Shown here one piece after another: positions 12,444-25,109 of a stretch of DNA of 64,000 nt. The stretch is from Takakia lepidozioides (Eukaryota > Plantae > Bryophyta): assembly GCA_030704615.1 (NCBI GenBank), contig CM060734.1, forward strand, positions 54,188,001 through 54,252,000, written 5' to 3'. Within the stretch, counting starts at the first letter, position 1, and each line of letters begins with the position of its first letter. Both the position numbers and the translations under genes were made by a program. Under the pieces are notes generated by a model, which was not told the DNA's origin, did no database searches, and worked only from the letters and a program-made list of their open reading frames with translations.

Positions 12444-14665
12444 TGTAGGAAATAGTTTAAGACTATCCTTCACTAGTTTAAGAGGCCCCAAAAACACAGT
12501 AAAAGAAGAGCAGGCTCCTCTTGTTCTTCAATCTAGTCTCATTTCCTTGTTTTGGCTTCTTGCTTGTGTAATTAGTTTTGAGCTTGAAGGAGCTAGTTCC
12601 TAAAGAGTTGAGCTTGTGGCTCTCTAGTATTAGAAGCAAGCATAGTGAGAGCAGGATAGTCCTAGCTCAAGGCCTTGTGGCCATTTGAGGCAAGAAGTAG
12701 AAGAAACGCTCCATGAAGTGGGAGACTTGAGGATGAGTAGGAGTGCCGGAGGAGGACCAGGCTTGAGTACCATTCTACCGAGCGATTTAGTGCATCCCAA
12801 GCACCACTTGTTTCAGAGAGTGACTTACCATACATTCTTGACCTTTGAATTCATTCATTTCATTTGTTGTTTAAGCTTTGTCCAAGCAAGGACCTTATAA
12901 GCATTGTTTGTTAAAAATCTATAAAAACTAACCCTCTTTCAAAGAGGATGTGTGTGCATCTCTATGTACATGTGTGAAGAGCACAGGTGTGAAGCCCCAG
13001 GAGACAGGGCCTTAGGAATATAACCCAATTACGTCATGGAAGTGAGGGTAGATGTCCATTATTATGTTTAAGGAGAGGGTGAGCTTGCATGAAGTGGCGA
13101 AGCTCTTGTCAAATTTCCCTTCCTAGCTTAGTGGCGACGACCATATTGCATGAGACGACGAAGCTATCGCCAAAATTTCCATATTATCAAGTTCATATCT
13201 ATGATTCATAAGCCCCCTGGCCATAGAGGACCATGGGAGGCGTTGCTAACTAGCTTATTGGGTTAAGCTATTTTGTAGAGGGCTGCCAAAAAGGCAGAGC
13301 CCAACACTTAAGTGCCGGCGCCTTAGGCGTTTTTGGGTTGGAGGTCAACCAAGGAGGTTGCCTAGAATCGCCATGGAGAGGCGCATCTAACACGGGTGGT
13401 GCGGCCTTCCCCCGTGGGGGGAGTTGACCCCTGGAGCAAAGTACGGGTCGCTGGTACACTGCATGGCAGCACCAGGCGCCATAGCTGGGCCCGCGCAGGT
13501 ACAACACGAGCGGCAGAGACCAATGAGCCTGCCTATTACCCGCTGGACCCGCGCCGGCGGCGGGCCAGCCACGCCGCGCCACGTAGCAAGTAGGTTGAAG
13601 AGGTGCAGGGAATGGACCCTGGGACCCACTGAATGTTTAATCATTGTTTACACACCAGGGTGGCGAGCAGATGAGAAACTGATGGGCGGCAGATTTCATT
13701 CATCCTGGCCCGGTGATGGTTTAAGTTGCTAATGCGTTCTTGAGTGGTTTGGTATAGGAATTTAGGGGCGCTCCCAAGTGGAGAGCGGTTCCCCAATGCT
13801 CCCGGCATAAAGGGCGTTCCCAGGGCGTTCCCCTGGTACCTTGAGGGTGATTTAGTTAGCTCCAGCATCCTATGATGATTCTACGAATTTCATGCATTTG
13901 TAGGAATATTTTAATGATTTGTTCTTTATTATTTAGCAGTATAATTCGCCTTTATTAAGGGATTTTTATCCGGACCTCCTTAACTTAAATATGCAAGATT
14001 TAAGGGCGGTATCGCCCCCTTCCGCCGAGGATATTTGAAGTCAAGTACCCGGCCACTGGGGGGGCCTTGGGCCAAAGAACGGCCATTGTTTTATTAGATC
14101 TCGGGAATTACCTAGAGGTTTGATTTGTTATCATTCACCCGATGGACTGACCATTTAGGTTGAATTTTGGATCGCTCTAAGCAGGAGAGACTGACTCGGG
14201 AAAGTGGATCTGGTCCCTTCCTAGGAGGTAGGACACTTATCCACCTCGGGAATTAGGGGGGGGGGCATTGGGCGGAAGATAGATGATCCCGGTCTCCCTG
14301 GGCTCAAGATTCGTTTTGTGAAGGGATGTGAAGATTTTATCCCGGCTATAAGCGTGTTGGGAGTCCAGGCATGTAGGAAGTAGTAATAAACAAAGACTTG
14401 GAAGACAATTACGATTAAAGACGTAGAAAACCCATAAACAAAACGTAGGACTAGGAAACACAAATCGCCCTGTGAAGTGGAGTTATTAAGCTTTGCTTTG
14501 CCGGTAGGAAGTTAGACTATTTAGATCCGTCCATAGCTGCCACGGACCCCTGCACTTACCGCAGCCGGGTAGGCGGTTCGTTGAGCCCAACCTACACCGC
14601 AACTTGCCACGACCCCCTAGGCTAGTATGTCGTCACCCTGGCCGCGCGTGACCAGGGCTCGTCAA
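12444..14665. repeat. Probable LTR-derived sequence of an unrelated family
   Basis: Non-coding, starts TGTAGG and ends in the hairpin accctgg..ccagggctcgtca. No TSD found, so the boundaries are uncertain. Confidence 0.3.
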
Positions 14666-14747
14666 TAGAGAGAAGACTCCGGCCAAAGCCAGCGTAACTA
14701 AGAGCCATTTCACCTTTCGGCTACTGCCCCCTTTCGGGGGTGGGCCC

Positions 14748-15675
14748 TATATATATATATATATATATATAGACTAAAGAAAGAGTGTCATGAGGGACAC
14801 CAGGTAGCCGGGGGGGTGGAGGGCCTATGGGCCCCGAGGCGCATTAGAAGAACCAGACTCGAGTTGACGTTTGTTGGTGATGATAGCTGTGATGGATCGG
14901 AGTGCTGTGAGGTGGATTTCCTTTAAGCATTTATGGATGGGGGGGTGGGGAATTTTGAAGTTATTATGTATATCATTGATGTTGGCGTTGTGGATGCCGC
15001 CCCTTGTTCCGGCAGTGACAACGGTGAGTGGGCCTATTGCCCAACCCTGCCGTCGAATTGCCAGGATGAGGGGGGCATATTTTTGTCGTTTCTCAAGGAT
15101 GGAGTCACTAGGGTACCTATCGTGGCAAAATGTAAATTCAATGAAGTGGACGGTAAATTGTGGGCACGGGGAGGCAGGTGCTGGGGCAGTAGTGGGTAGA
15201 CCTTGGATAATAAGTATGTCTGGGCAAAGTCTAGCTGGGCAGGAGCAAGGTGATCGGGTACATGTGCATGGCGGTACAGTGTGGTCTGGTGGTCTTCCCT
15301 GGTAAGTACCAGCATTAATGAGCGTGAACCAACGTGTCTCAGCACGTTTTGAGAAGAGTTTATGCAGGTGCCATAATGCGTGGTTGTGTCGGGTAATATG
15401 TAGGCCGTGAATAACCGGGTGTGTGCATCGGCTAAGGAGGTGAGGCCAAGTATCCCGTTCGTGATGTGTTGTTGAGCACATGGGGCAATATGGTGATGGG
15501 TAGAGTCGTGGCCAAAAAATATGTTTACATTGATGACCCATGTACTATGCGTATCTGAACTTGAGTGTTTGACGGATTTGCGCATCAGTGGTAGCTTTGG
15601 TTTGCCAGAAGTGGTTTGAAAGTTTGTGGTGCAACACTTTGGATTTGGTCCATTTTTTAATATGGAGGGCAACAA
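14748..15675 (-). mobile_element. 5'-truncated non-LTR retrotransposon with a restriction-like endonuclease (RLE), ending in a (TA)n tract
   Basis: ORF 14825..15541 has CPMC..HLLSRC (CCHC), RHN, PDILI..IEFTF and EK..KY..L, i.e. a PD-(D/E)xK-type RLE. (TA)n at 14748-14772 lies just 3' of the stop. Confidence 0.85.
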
Positions 15676-17431
15676 CGCTGCGTAGCAGCGTGGCGAGCAC
15701 GAGACTTGGCCATGGCGGCAACCACAGCTAGAAGCAGAGATCGTGGCAGAGTAGCGGAGCCGCTAGAGAAATTATGAAATAACACATAGATGCTAAATAA
15801 TATAGCGGAAGCCTAGATATAAGTCATGACTACAGATTCTAGCGACGGTAATGGCAAGAGGGCGGAGCTCCGCCCTCACGATGCACGCATCAAGATCCTT
15901 CGAATAATGGCTTGTCAGTAACCATAATAGGATGAATGTTGATCATTTCTGGGGGGCTATGTGTCAGAAATAGGTGTCTATGAGTCCAAACTTTGGAAAA
16001 TTATATCAATTTCAAGTTTCAATTATAATTCATGAAACCACTTATATCTTGTTTCTTTTTCATTTGCTAATCCATGAAAATTATGTCCATTTTCCTCCAC
16101 TCATTCTAACCATGAGCACTAGGTAAACTGTCCATTTAAGGTTCATCTCCCTTATCTCGTGGTACCGGCCCCACGACCCATCACGGTCACGACCACGGCC
16201 ACATCCACAGTGCCCTTACGTTCCCAGGAACTCCCCATGAGTTCTCATATGTTCCTGGGCGTTCCCATGCATTCCTGAATGTTCCTGAGCTCTCCCCGAG
16301 CTGGGGTTTGCTACTGCTCCTGGTGTCGTTGAGCTATGGCTTCTCCAGAGCCATCAGACCCGTCGCCCTGCACTCTTGAGCTCTCATGGCCCACTAGAAG
16401 CGCCCCCAACTTAACAAGCAAGCTATTCGCTGCCCAAAAAGCTCCTTTTCTTCGTGAAGCTCACAATTTAACGAATCTGAAATCACCCACATTTACAACC
16501 TTGTTGTACCTGCAATTCTCATGCATATCCCCTGGCTCTAGGGCGCCTCACTGCTGCCCTTCCAGCCTCGCTCTTGCCACTCCAAGAGCCCTCACAATAC
16601 TCTTCATGAGCTTGGAGCTGAAGCTCCCAACAGGCTACGATGCATCCCCTCGCAGCTCCACTATTCGGTTGTTCTTCATCTACCCTCAACAACTAGTTTC
16701 GGGCAGAAATACCTGGAGCTGATCATATCATCTCCAACCTGCAACACGCTAGCTTCCTATGTGCAGCCCACATTCCTACAGCCCCTTAACTCGGCCTGCA
16801 GCTAAAGAAGACGGCCACCAGTTCGCCCACTCGTGGCCAACATCTCCTCCGCTTCACACTAGAAGCCCAAACTTGGTTGCCATAGCGTTGAGCTATGCAA
16901 CGCCACCATTCAATACAGGCTGACTGCCTCTCTATCCATTGCAAACCTGCAGCCTATATGCTTCGAATAGACTAGTGCACGAATCCCTGCATTCTAAGCT
17001 GAACTGCTTCTCTCATAAAAACACAAGTGCTATACTGACTCGAACCTGGCACTCACAGACTCGAGCTGATCTTTCTCGAGTGATAAATAAGAAGAATACA
17101 AGCTCACATGTCTCACACAAACTGATGCATGTATAAATCATCACTCAAATATAAGTCAAGCCAAGTACACCTCATGCCATGGGGAATCCACACTACGGCG
17201 CCATAGCTAGACGCAGTGAGGCTCAACCCGAGAAAGATGAGTCCACCGCGATCTGCCATGAAGATAACCACGCCAGGTGCCCAAACATACATTGGCCCCT
17301 GGATTGACATTTGGGTCAATCCCAAATGTCAATATATCAAAACTAATTATTTCCTAGCTAGTTTCACACTAGTGGTACAATAACTTGACACGTTGTTTGG
17401 GTATCCCGGTTGCTTGGGGGGGGGGGAGCTG

Positions 17432-18182
17432 TCTGCATACAGGTCTTAGTCCACTCACAAACCAAGTCTTCTATAATCCTGGTGTTGGTACCGCAACCAG
17501 CTTTTTCATCATTTACTCCATATTTCCCATGTATTTTTCATCGGTTTACTGTTTTTTTTTTGGCTTAACTGTTGTAAACTCCCATACACTTCATCCTCAA
17601 TTTTGCTTGTCCTGAACCTGTTTCGGAATGCTTTACTAAGGCCATTCCAGGTCAGGAAATGATTATTAAGAAACCTTGCATACCATTCACTTGCTTTCTT
17701 GATAAGTGAACAAAGAAACAGTCTCATCTTGGCATCATCGTCATTCTCATTGTATACACATGTGCTCAAATTGGCTGATGTGTACATCATGATCCCCTTT
17801 CCCTGCATATATTGGAACCCGTATTGGAGGTACCGCCATCTGTGGCCCTACACCCTGCCCACTGACAGGTGCTGGTCCTCCTGTTGGTGTTGGTCCTTGA
17901 GGACCTACTATTGTAGTAGTGGGAACTCCCACCAGGTATTGGCCCCTAAGCACTCCCTGCTACTGACCCCCCTGTACTTGTAGTATCCCCAGCTCCAGTT
18001 GCACTACTTCCCACACTCCCTGTCCCCCCAGAGCTAGATCCAAGCTGCCCGCCTGATCCCCCTGAGCCGACACCTTTGTTGGCATGTGATCCAAGTGCTC
18101 CACTTGATCCAGGTCCAACAGGTTGGGATGTCCTGGTTGTAGTCTCAACCTCAACTGTTGGGTCTACTTTTTCATACTCTTC
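17432..18182 (-). mobile_element. gag fragment of a second copy of the gypsy family
   Basis: PIYAGKGDHDVHISQFEH, DAKMRLF.CSLIKKASEWYARF and KTWFVSGLRP; collinear with 42130-42800. Confidence 0.9.
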
Positions 18183-19030
18183 ACTCTGGCAGTAATAATT
18201 CCAATATATGGTCCCTTACGGACACAGTGAGTGGTTTTAGCACACAACCTAACCACTACATCAATACTGGTACAACCACTCAGTCCGTGGTTTAAGCACA
18301 CAATGTAACCACTACTGCAATAATGCTACAACCACTCAGTAGGTGGTCTTAGCACACAACCTAACCACTACCTCAATACTGTTAGAACCACTCAGACAGT
18401 GGTTTTACCACACATCCTAACCACTATTGCAATACTGGTAGAACCACTCAATAAGTGATAATATACATTGTTTATTCTTGTTTCATGACTATTCTTGTTA
18501 TTCAATGCTCACTCACAGAGTTGTTTGTGTAGTCATTGCATTCTTCAGCACATCCCTAAAATAGTGCACGTGCTAATTTTCAATATCGCCACGTGTTCAG
18601 ATCGTGGTCAACATAATCGTGCAACCGGATTTGTCCACGTGTCCATATAGATACGGACACATGTATGTCCATTGCTAAGTATGATCAACGGAGTTGATGC
18701 GTCCACGTCGCATACAGTGGAAGTGGTTGGAATCACTGTGTTCTGAAGTGGTTAGTTTGCCACTGTGACACGTCAGACGTGATTTGGCTTACCACTGTGA
18801 CACGTCATAAGTGGTTATTTTACCACTGTGACACATAAGCGAGTAGCTGGACTCGGAGGCAAGTGATCGTAACCACTGTCTTTAACCACTTTGGACACGT
18901 CATGTCTTTAACCACTGTTGAGTCAAGATCCACTGGTTCTAGACCACTCTGGGGCCAGAGTGGTTGGGTGTCTTTTCCCACTCAAAATGAGTGGTTGCCA
19001 GAGTGGTTATTCCGCGTTTTTCCTCTAGTG
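18183..19030. mobile_element. CACTA (En/Spm) terminus with AACCAC subterminal repeats, lying in an inverted block
   Basis: The reverse complement from 19030 reads CACTAGAGGAAAAACGCGG; there are many aaccact/agtggtt repeats in both orientations. Confidence 0.8.
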
Positions 19031-20163
19031 ATAGTGAAGGGATGGGTGAGTAAAAGCCGCTTGACATTTGGCAACCATACTGGGGAACTGAGTCAAGAAC
19101 AACCAGATGTGACAGGCATGTGGTGGGATCATGGTGGATGGAGAATTAAAGAATTTGATGTGAATCAAATTCCCTTTGGAACTGAGTAAGAAAGATTGTC
19201 CAAGCAATTCTTTCAGACCTGGTTCTTGGAATTGCCAGAGGGTTGCAAGGAAAACATTCTTAAGAGAGTGCATGATGCTGATCCAAAGTGGGGTCTGGAG
19301 AAAGGAGTGATAAAGATTTATCAAGTGGCCTGTAGAGGGAGGCAAATTGGTTACCAACACTGGTTTATGTGATAGCATTGCTATCCATTAAACGAGTGGA
19401 GTTTGAAAGCTAGGAGAAACGGAAAGTGAATGTTTACACTCACATGCATGAAGAACTTGTACTGGTAAAGAATTGGATTCCTAAGGATATCCTATGGATC
19501 AAACTTACACCAAGAACAACTTTTCAGACGTGCTTGTCATATGGTTATATGGTAACGGAGACTTCTAGTATAGCCAAGGGTGCATTAAAACTTGAAAGAC
19601 ATCCAGGCATATACGAGAGATACTTCAGAAGAGAGTTTTGGTTATTGCCTCATTGAAGATATGAAAGACATGAGATATGAGTGATGAAAGAAAAGCTAGA
19701 CTCCACAGATATTCAGCAAAAAGAGAGAGTTATTTGAAAGCTAATTATCCATACCTTTGGGAGAGAGGAATAGACATAGGGGAATCATCTGGACCTCTCA
19801 CACCATTAAGACCAGAGACTACATCACCCATACCGGAAGAACCAGAGTTGGATGCCACTCCTTCTTATTCTTTACAAGAAAGATTAAGGGATTTGGTACA
19901 GGAAGAAGATCAGCCACGAGGGGAGAGATCTGAGGTATATCCCTGGATTAAAGATTTGACAGAAATCTTGATCAGAGTTGGCATGGGACACCAAAAGCAG
20001 GAACTCCTGTTTCTGAATCACAAGACAAAGAAGGAGAGGAAGATGTGGCAGAGCCAACGGAGAGTTCAGACTCTCCAACACCACTTCAGTTGAGTTATAT
20101 GAGTGAGGAAGAAGAAATCCAAGATAAGTACTTGGAGTGAAAACAGAGAGAAGAATTTGGAGT
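19031..20163 (+). mobile_element. Inner LTR end + PBS + 5' ORF + gag start of the second gypsy copy (inverted relative to 17432-18182)
   Basis: ...taaaagccgcttgaca followed by tt and TGGCAACCATACTGGGGA. The translations match ORFs 43301..43996 and 42110..43207. Confidence 0.9.
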
Positions 20164-22361
20164 TAGGGCTGCATCTAGAGGCGTACAACCACTCTTGCCT
20201 ACTGTGACACTCACATATACCACTAACAGAGTGGTGTGCAAGTGATTCATACATTCTCATATATTTCCCATACATTCCAAGCGAATATGCATACCCAAAT
20301 ACTCTTGAAGATTCACCATTCAAAAAACACAATAGAATCCCAGAGAGAAAGTGCTGGAACGGAGTCAACAGAATCCAGCCATGATAAAGGGTGACATACT
20401 ACATCTACACTACGTAGACGCGAGCATGCTAAAAGCCATGAACTACTTTCCTGCCTTTTCCTCACTGCTAGCAATGTTTATGCCCGGGCGAATCATACTT
20501 CTAAACCCTCCTCAGGTTCTTCTCTGGCCAAAGGGTGTTCCTACCAAGGACGTGGTCCAACTCGGTTTGCGGTCGGTCATCTTCCTCATTAGGATGAGGC
20601 AACACACAATGTGAAACATGGACATACTGGACCTCAACACAGTACATGCCTTAAGGAATAACTCGACAGTGATATGTGTCTTTGTCAGGCACACCAGTGA
20701 CAACTCCAGTGCCGACCCTATGTCGTGATGATAAATGATCATACAGGTGGACTTTGTCCTTCATCTTAAACTGCACCCAACACCCACCACAAAATGCATA
20801 TGAAACAACCCATGAAGACATACATGTACTGATGGTATTGAAAGCTAGAGAATGAGAAACGTCAACTACAATTAAAAACTAAAAGAGTACAGTACTTTTG
20901 GTAGCATAAGTGGATCTGTGAGAGTGGCAGGGGGTTTAAATTGTGGGGGTTGGCTTTGATGCAGGCGCAATTGGTGCAGTGCATGTGGAAGTATGAAGAG
21001 CAGCTTTCTCAGCCTGCAAACATCACCCCCCAACACCCCTTAGAACTCTAAAGTCATGTAAATGTCACAGCCATGTACCCAACATGGCTAAATGACCACA
21101 TTGTACAACAAACGTAGCCAACAAGGAAGGCTTATGGGTGCTCACCTCTAGTACGGGCAGTACAGAAGAACCAAGTGCCTCCTCAAGGCCCACCTGATCC
21201 TTACTCCTGCTAGATGCTGGTGTTATGTCGCCAATTGCATCAGACATTTTGAAACTGTCTTTGGCAGCAGTGGCTCTGGTCACACGTTCAGCTTTTCGTG
21301 TTTGTTTCTTTTCAGCTCCCTTCACGACGGCTGCGGCAGGCTCCTCAGCTTTTCTCCCCTATTTACATGCCAGAAACAACATGGTACAGTACATGAGTAC
21401 TTACCAACATGTTCATAATGCAAAGAAAATGAAACAAGATAAAGTCTGGGAGGAGGTACCTCTTTCTGTGGGGAAGTTGCCTGGTGAGGAATAGGTACAT
21501 TCTTGTCTGCCAACACCCTACTGTTACCCTTACCAGCACTATCAATGGAGTAGACGTCATCACCAGCAGCAAGTGCTGTCCCACCTCCACCTCCTTTCTT
21601 GCGTGGCAATTTTTCAGGAGCCCCCTTGCGCCCCACCCGTACAGTAGTGATTACAGGGCCCTCAACCACTGAATGTTATTTTTCCCCAACTTGTGGAGTT
21701 CCTTCCTGCACCTGAGCAAAACATACCACAACAGCTCATCTCTAACTCAAGAAACACTTTAGGGACGCCCAAAAAAAAAACATGGGGTGAAGAATAATGT
21801 AACCCACCTCTTGCACAAAAGTGTTGCCTTCCAAGCCTGCATCATCATCCACTGGTGCAATTAAATGACATGTTGGGATAGCAATTGGAGGAACGGCGGG
21901 CGTCGATATTCCCACCATCATTGCCATCAATGCATCCAATTTTTTGGCATTATCCTTGGAAGCCTTAGCCACTTCAGCTTTTATAGTGGCCAATGCGCCC
22001 TCAATCTGGGGGATCTGGGTTTCTGACAAGGCAACCACACTACCCTCAAGATGGGACAGTCGAGCCTGCATCGCACTCCCTCCTCCCTACAGACCCAAAC
22101 AACATGGAGATAATGAGTTTGTATGGTCTGTCTGCTGATGCAAGAAATCTAAGTAGTGACAAAGTAAGGGCCGCATGACATTTACCTCTACGTCATGACA
22201 TGACTGGGAGCCATATCCTTTGTCCACCTTTGCGGCGTGTGCCGGCTCAGTCAATTTTGGACTGCTTGCTCGGTCTTTCTTCTGCCAATGCCACAACAAA
22301 AACAAGTAAGCCCCTACTCATGAAATCATTTTCAAGTTTACAGAGTCAAGACTGTACCACC
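20164..22361 (-). mobile_element. CACTA internal region: 3' exons of a TnpA-like accessory gene with a DUF8039/Tnp1-like domain
   Basis: Minus strand ~20510-20765 reads MKDKVHLYDH..RVGTGVVTG..YHCRVIP*GMYCVEV..LPHPNEEDD..LWPE. A coiled-coil exon lies at 21742..22071. The element continues after the gypsy TSD at 44810. Confidence 0.6.
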
Positions 22362-23245
22362 TGTCAAGCGGCTTTTACTCACCCATCCCTTCGCTATCCG
22401 AGGTGGAAACTCCAAGATAGAAGAGTTGGATATCTCTAAGTACTCAGCCCGCTCAGAACAATTAGTCATGACCTGTAGCTAGTGAATCATGGTTGTGCTT
22501 CCTATTTGTATTCCTTCTTGCCTTCATGTTATCAATTTACCTTACCGTGTATACTGAAGCATCAGATTGCTTCAGTATCTACTAAGTTCCAGTTACTCAT
22601 GCATTCATTCCACAGCTTCACTCATGTCTCTCTACACAGTGTGATTGTATCGAATAAGTATCAGATTATGATTTATCAGGTATCAGGCCAATGCCATGGT
22701 GACTCTAATCTGCCCTACAGTATCACTACAGCTTTGCATGTAACAAGCATCTACTGTTCATCTTTCCTCCTTCTCCGTGCTCTCGTTCTTGCTCTCTGAT
22801 CTCCTCTCATGCATGACCAAGAAGCGCTCCCCGTGAAGTGATCCCCTTTCCGTTGCCGCTCTCCTAATCTACCCGCAAGCTGTTCTAACCACCTAACTAA
22901 CTAACCGTCACTCCTAAAGTAACACGTTCCCTCTGCAGATGTCGTTCCCTCACAGTCGTTCCCTGTCAATGATAACTGTTCCCCATGTACTGTGATAGGC
23001 TATGTCAAGCTGTGCCGAGCTGTGACTGGCTGTGTAAAGCTGTGTCGGGCTGTGTCAAGCTGTGCGAAGCTGTGTCGGGCTGTGACTGGCTGTGATGGGC
23101 TGTGACTAGCTGTGTGGAGCTGTGTAACCCCCCTAAAACCTGTTGCTGCCACCCCTAAGGCTTCTGTTGGTCTCAGTCTGCGCAAAAATTAAGGGTACCC
23201 CACAGAACCCGTAAAAGCGTCTAAGTCCCAAGCAGCCCTCTAACA
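22362..23245 (-). repeat. 3' LTR (884 bp)
   Basis: tgtcaagcgg...gcagccctctaaca; direct repeat of 43889-44804. Confidence 0.97.
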
Positions 23246-23247
23246 TT

Positions 23248-23262
23248 ACCCCTCCCCCTCTC
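23248..23262 (-). promoter_or_regulatory. Polypurine tract
   Basis: Minus strand GAGAGGGGGAGGGGT, 2 nt before the 3' LTR. Confidence 0.9.
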
Positions 23263-23394
23263 AAAAAACCGTGTCCTCACGGTTTACTATTTGGGATCAG
23301 CAAACCTTTGTGAGCGAGCACCCTTCTGTCGGTGAGAGTCGCGTGAAGGACTCCGTGTGCGAGCCCGAGTCCTGTCACTGGCGGATGGAGATGA

Positions 23395-25080
23395 TTAAGC
23401 ACTACCTGGAAATGTCTGACCCTCCTTTGGCTGATAACGAGGTAATCTCTCAGGCATAGGAGATCCCCGTCGTTTCTTCTCTGCCATCTGAAGTGCATAG
23501 TCCTCTGCCATGTCAAAAGAGTCCTCTGAAGAAACAGTAGTATCAGAATCCTCGTCCCCCCTTAGGTGTTTTAACGGCCGAACTTTACGTGGAATCCTGT
23601 GTGGCATACAATGTGGTCCCACCATGTCTGGAAGTTTAAACTGTATAACTTGCTGTAAGCGCTTGCAAGCAAAATTAGTGAACACCCTGAACTCCTTATC
23701 CGTATAGGTGAGAGGTGTGCCAATGACTTTGGAACAGTGTAAGTATTTCCAGGCTTTATGTCCCTTAAAGAAAATATCCTCAGGGCCGAATTTCTGTGTT
23801 GTCAAATTGTTCCAAGCCGAATGAAACCATGAACGAAGTTGGGAATCCTTTTGCATCATAATTTTTGCATCATATAGGTACATATGAGGTGGCACTGAAG
23901 GTAAGACCCAATGATCCCCACTGGAATAACTCAGAATTTGGGATTGCATCCTCTGCTGCTCAATGTGATAACGTGCCTGAAAACAAGCAGCATAGTATAA
24001 TTCACAGCCCATGACAATACTAGATACCTCATTGGTCTTGGTATAAATGTACCCATGTACAACCTGGAAGGGAATTAATTCCTTCAGCATGGTACCTGCT
24101 TTAGACCAGTACCTCGCAAAGTGATGATCCTCAATGGGTCGATTGATCGGAAGAACCTTAGTCCGAGTTGCCACTGGCAACCAAATGTGCATGATCTGGT
24201 AGTAATGTATCAACGACTGCGGAGGACTAAATCCTTTCCAAGCCAAATCCAGCACAATAGGAATTTGGTTGAAGGGCATAATCATAGCCTGACTGTACTC
24301 CCGTGCAGCAGGAGTCCTAGGTGGGTTAAAAGCAGCATCCCCCCATACCTCAGGTTGTGGTGTGGCTGTAGTAACAACAGGGTCAGCTACCTGCACAGCC
24401 GCCTGTTGTGGTATTGGTACCACTGGCCCTTCTACCACTGACATCTCCTGCACCCCCTGCAAAGAAGATTGAAAAATTAGAGTCCTGGCATGTAAATAAG
24501 TAGCCATCAGCTGCTCCTTAGGAACAAAGACTCTCTTATCAATATTTGAACTCAGGTCATCAACTTGAGTCTGCAGGCCTTCCACGTCCTTTTGTAGCTC
24601 CGCTATTCTACTATAGACATTGTCTATAGTAGTTGTGGCAATGTTCTGCACTTGCAATCTGAGCTCATTCATCTCGCCCTGGGTGAGTTTCAGTGGTGCT
24701 TTGCTTTCTACTGGCCCTTGTACTAACCAGACCTGCATAAGGTGGTTATCCACCAAGTCGTGTGTGGCACCCCTGAGAGTCTGCTCCTCCGTGAGTCTGT
24801 ACACATCTAACTGCTGCTGTAAAGCCTCCATGCGCTTTGCATGAGGTTCAACTAGACCCGCATAGGCAGCAGCCAGATTATTGGCTTTCTTCCAAGCCTT
24901 GTTAGCCACAGAGAGTTCAATTCTATTGACCATGACTGTTTGTTGCAACTCCAGGATGTACCTCTCCTGGTCAGCCTCAACCTGTCTGTATTGTTTGAAA
25001 GTATTCTCATTGCGACAGATTGTATTCTTCATATCAACAATGAGTTTCGCTTGTTCTATTATCTCAGCTTCTGCCTTCAT
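23395..25080 (-). CDS. C-terminal part (561 aa; coiled coil + unknown domain) of an extra ORF between pol and the 3' LTR
   Basis: Long open frame in element sense orientation with an E/Q/K-rich heptad-like N-terminal half; it ends ~130 bp before the PPT. Confidence 0.7.
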   Translation of the reverse strand: MKAEAEIIEQAKLIVDMKNTICRNENTFKQYRQVEADQERYILELQQTVMVNRIELSVANKAWKKANNLAAAYAGLVEPHAKRMEALQQQLDVYRLTEEQTLRGATHDLVDNHLMQVWLVQGPVESKAPLKLTQGEMNELRLQVQNIATTTIDNVYSRIAELQKDVEGLQTQVDDLSSNIDKRVFVPKEQLMATYLHARTLIFQSSLQGVQEMSVVEGPVVPIPQQAAVQVADPVVTTATPQPEVWGDAAFNPPRTPAAREYSQAMIMPFNQIPIVLDLAWKGFSPPQSLIHYYQIMHIWLPVATRTKVLPINRPIEDHHFARYWSKAGTMLKELIPFQVVHGYIYTKTNEVSSIVMGCELYYAACFQARYHIEQQRMQSQILSYSSGDHWVLPSVPPHMYLYDAKIMMQKDSQLRSWFHSAWNNLTTQKFGPEDIFFKGHKAWKYLHCSKVIGTPLTYTDKEFRVFTNFACKRLQQVIQFKLPDMVGPHCMPHRIPRKVRPLKHLRGDEDSDTTVSSEDSFDMAEDYALQMAEKKRRGSPMPERLPRYQPKEGQTFPGSA

Positions 25081-25109
25081 ACATCTCTCCCCTTGTCTGT
25101 TAACTCAGG

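Larger units (their letters stand above)
11571..16152. mobile_element. Non-autonomous TIR DNA transposon with 24-bp perfect TIRs and a TA target duplication, containing nested insertions
   Basis: Left end AGGGAGATGAACCTTAAATGGACA (11571-11594); right end TGTCCATTTAAGGTTCATCTCCCT (16129-16152); TA on both sides. Both flanks are the same ccacgg/tcacgg-rich sequence. Confidence 0.8.
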
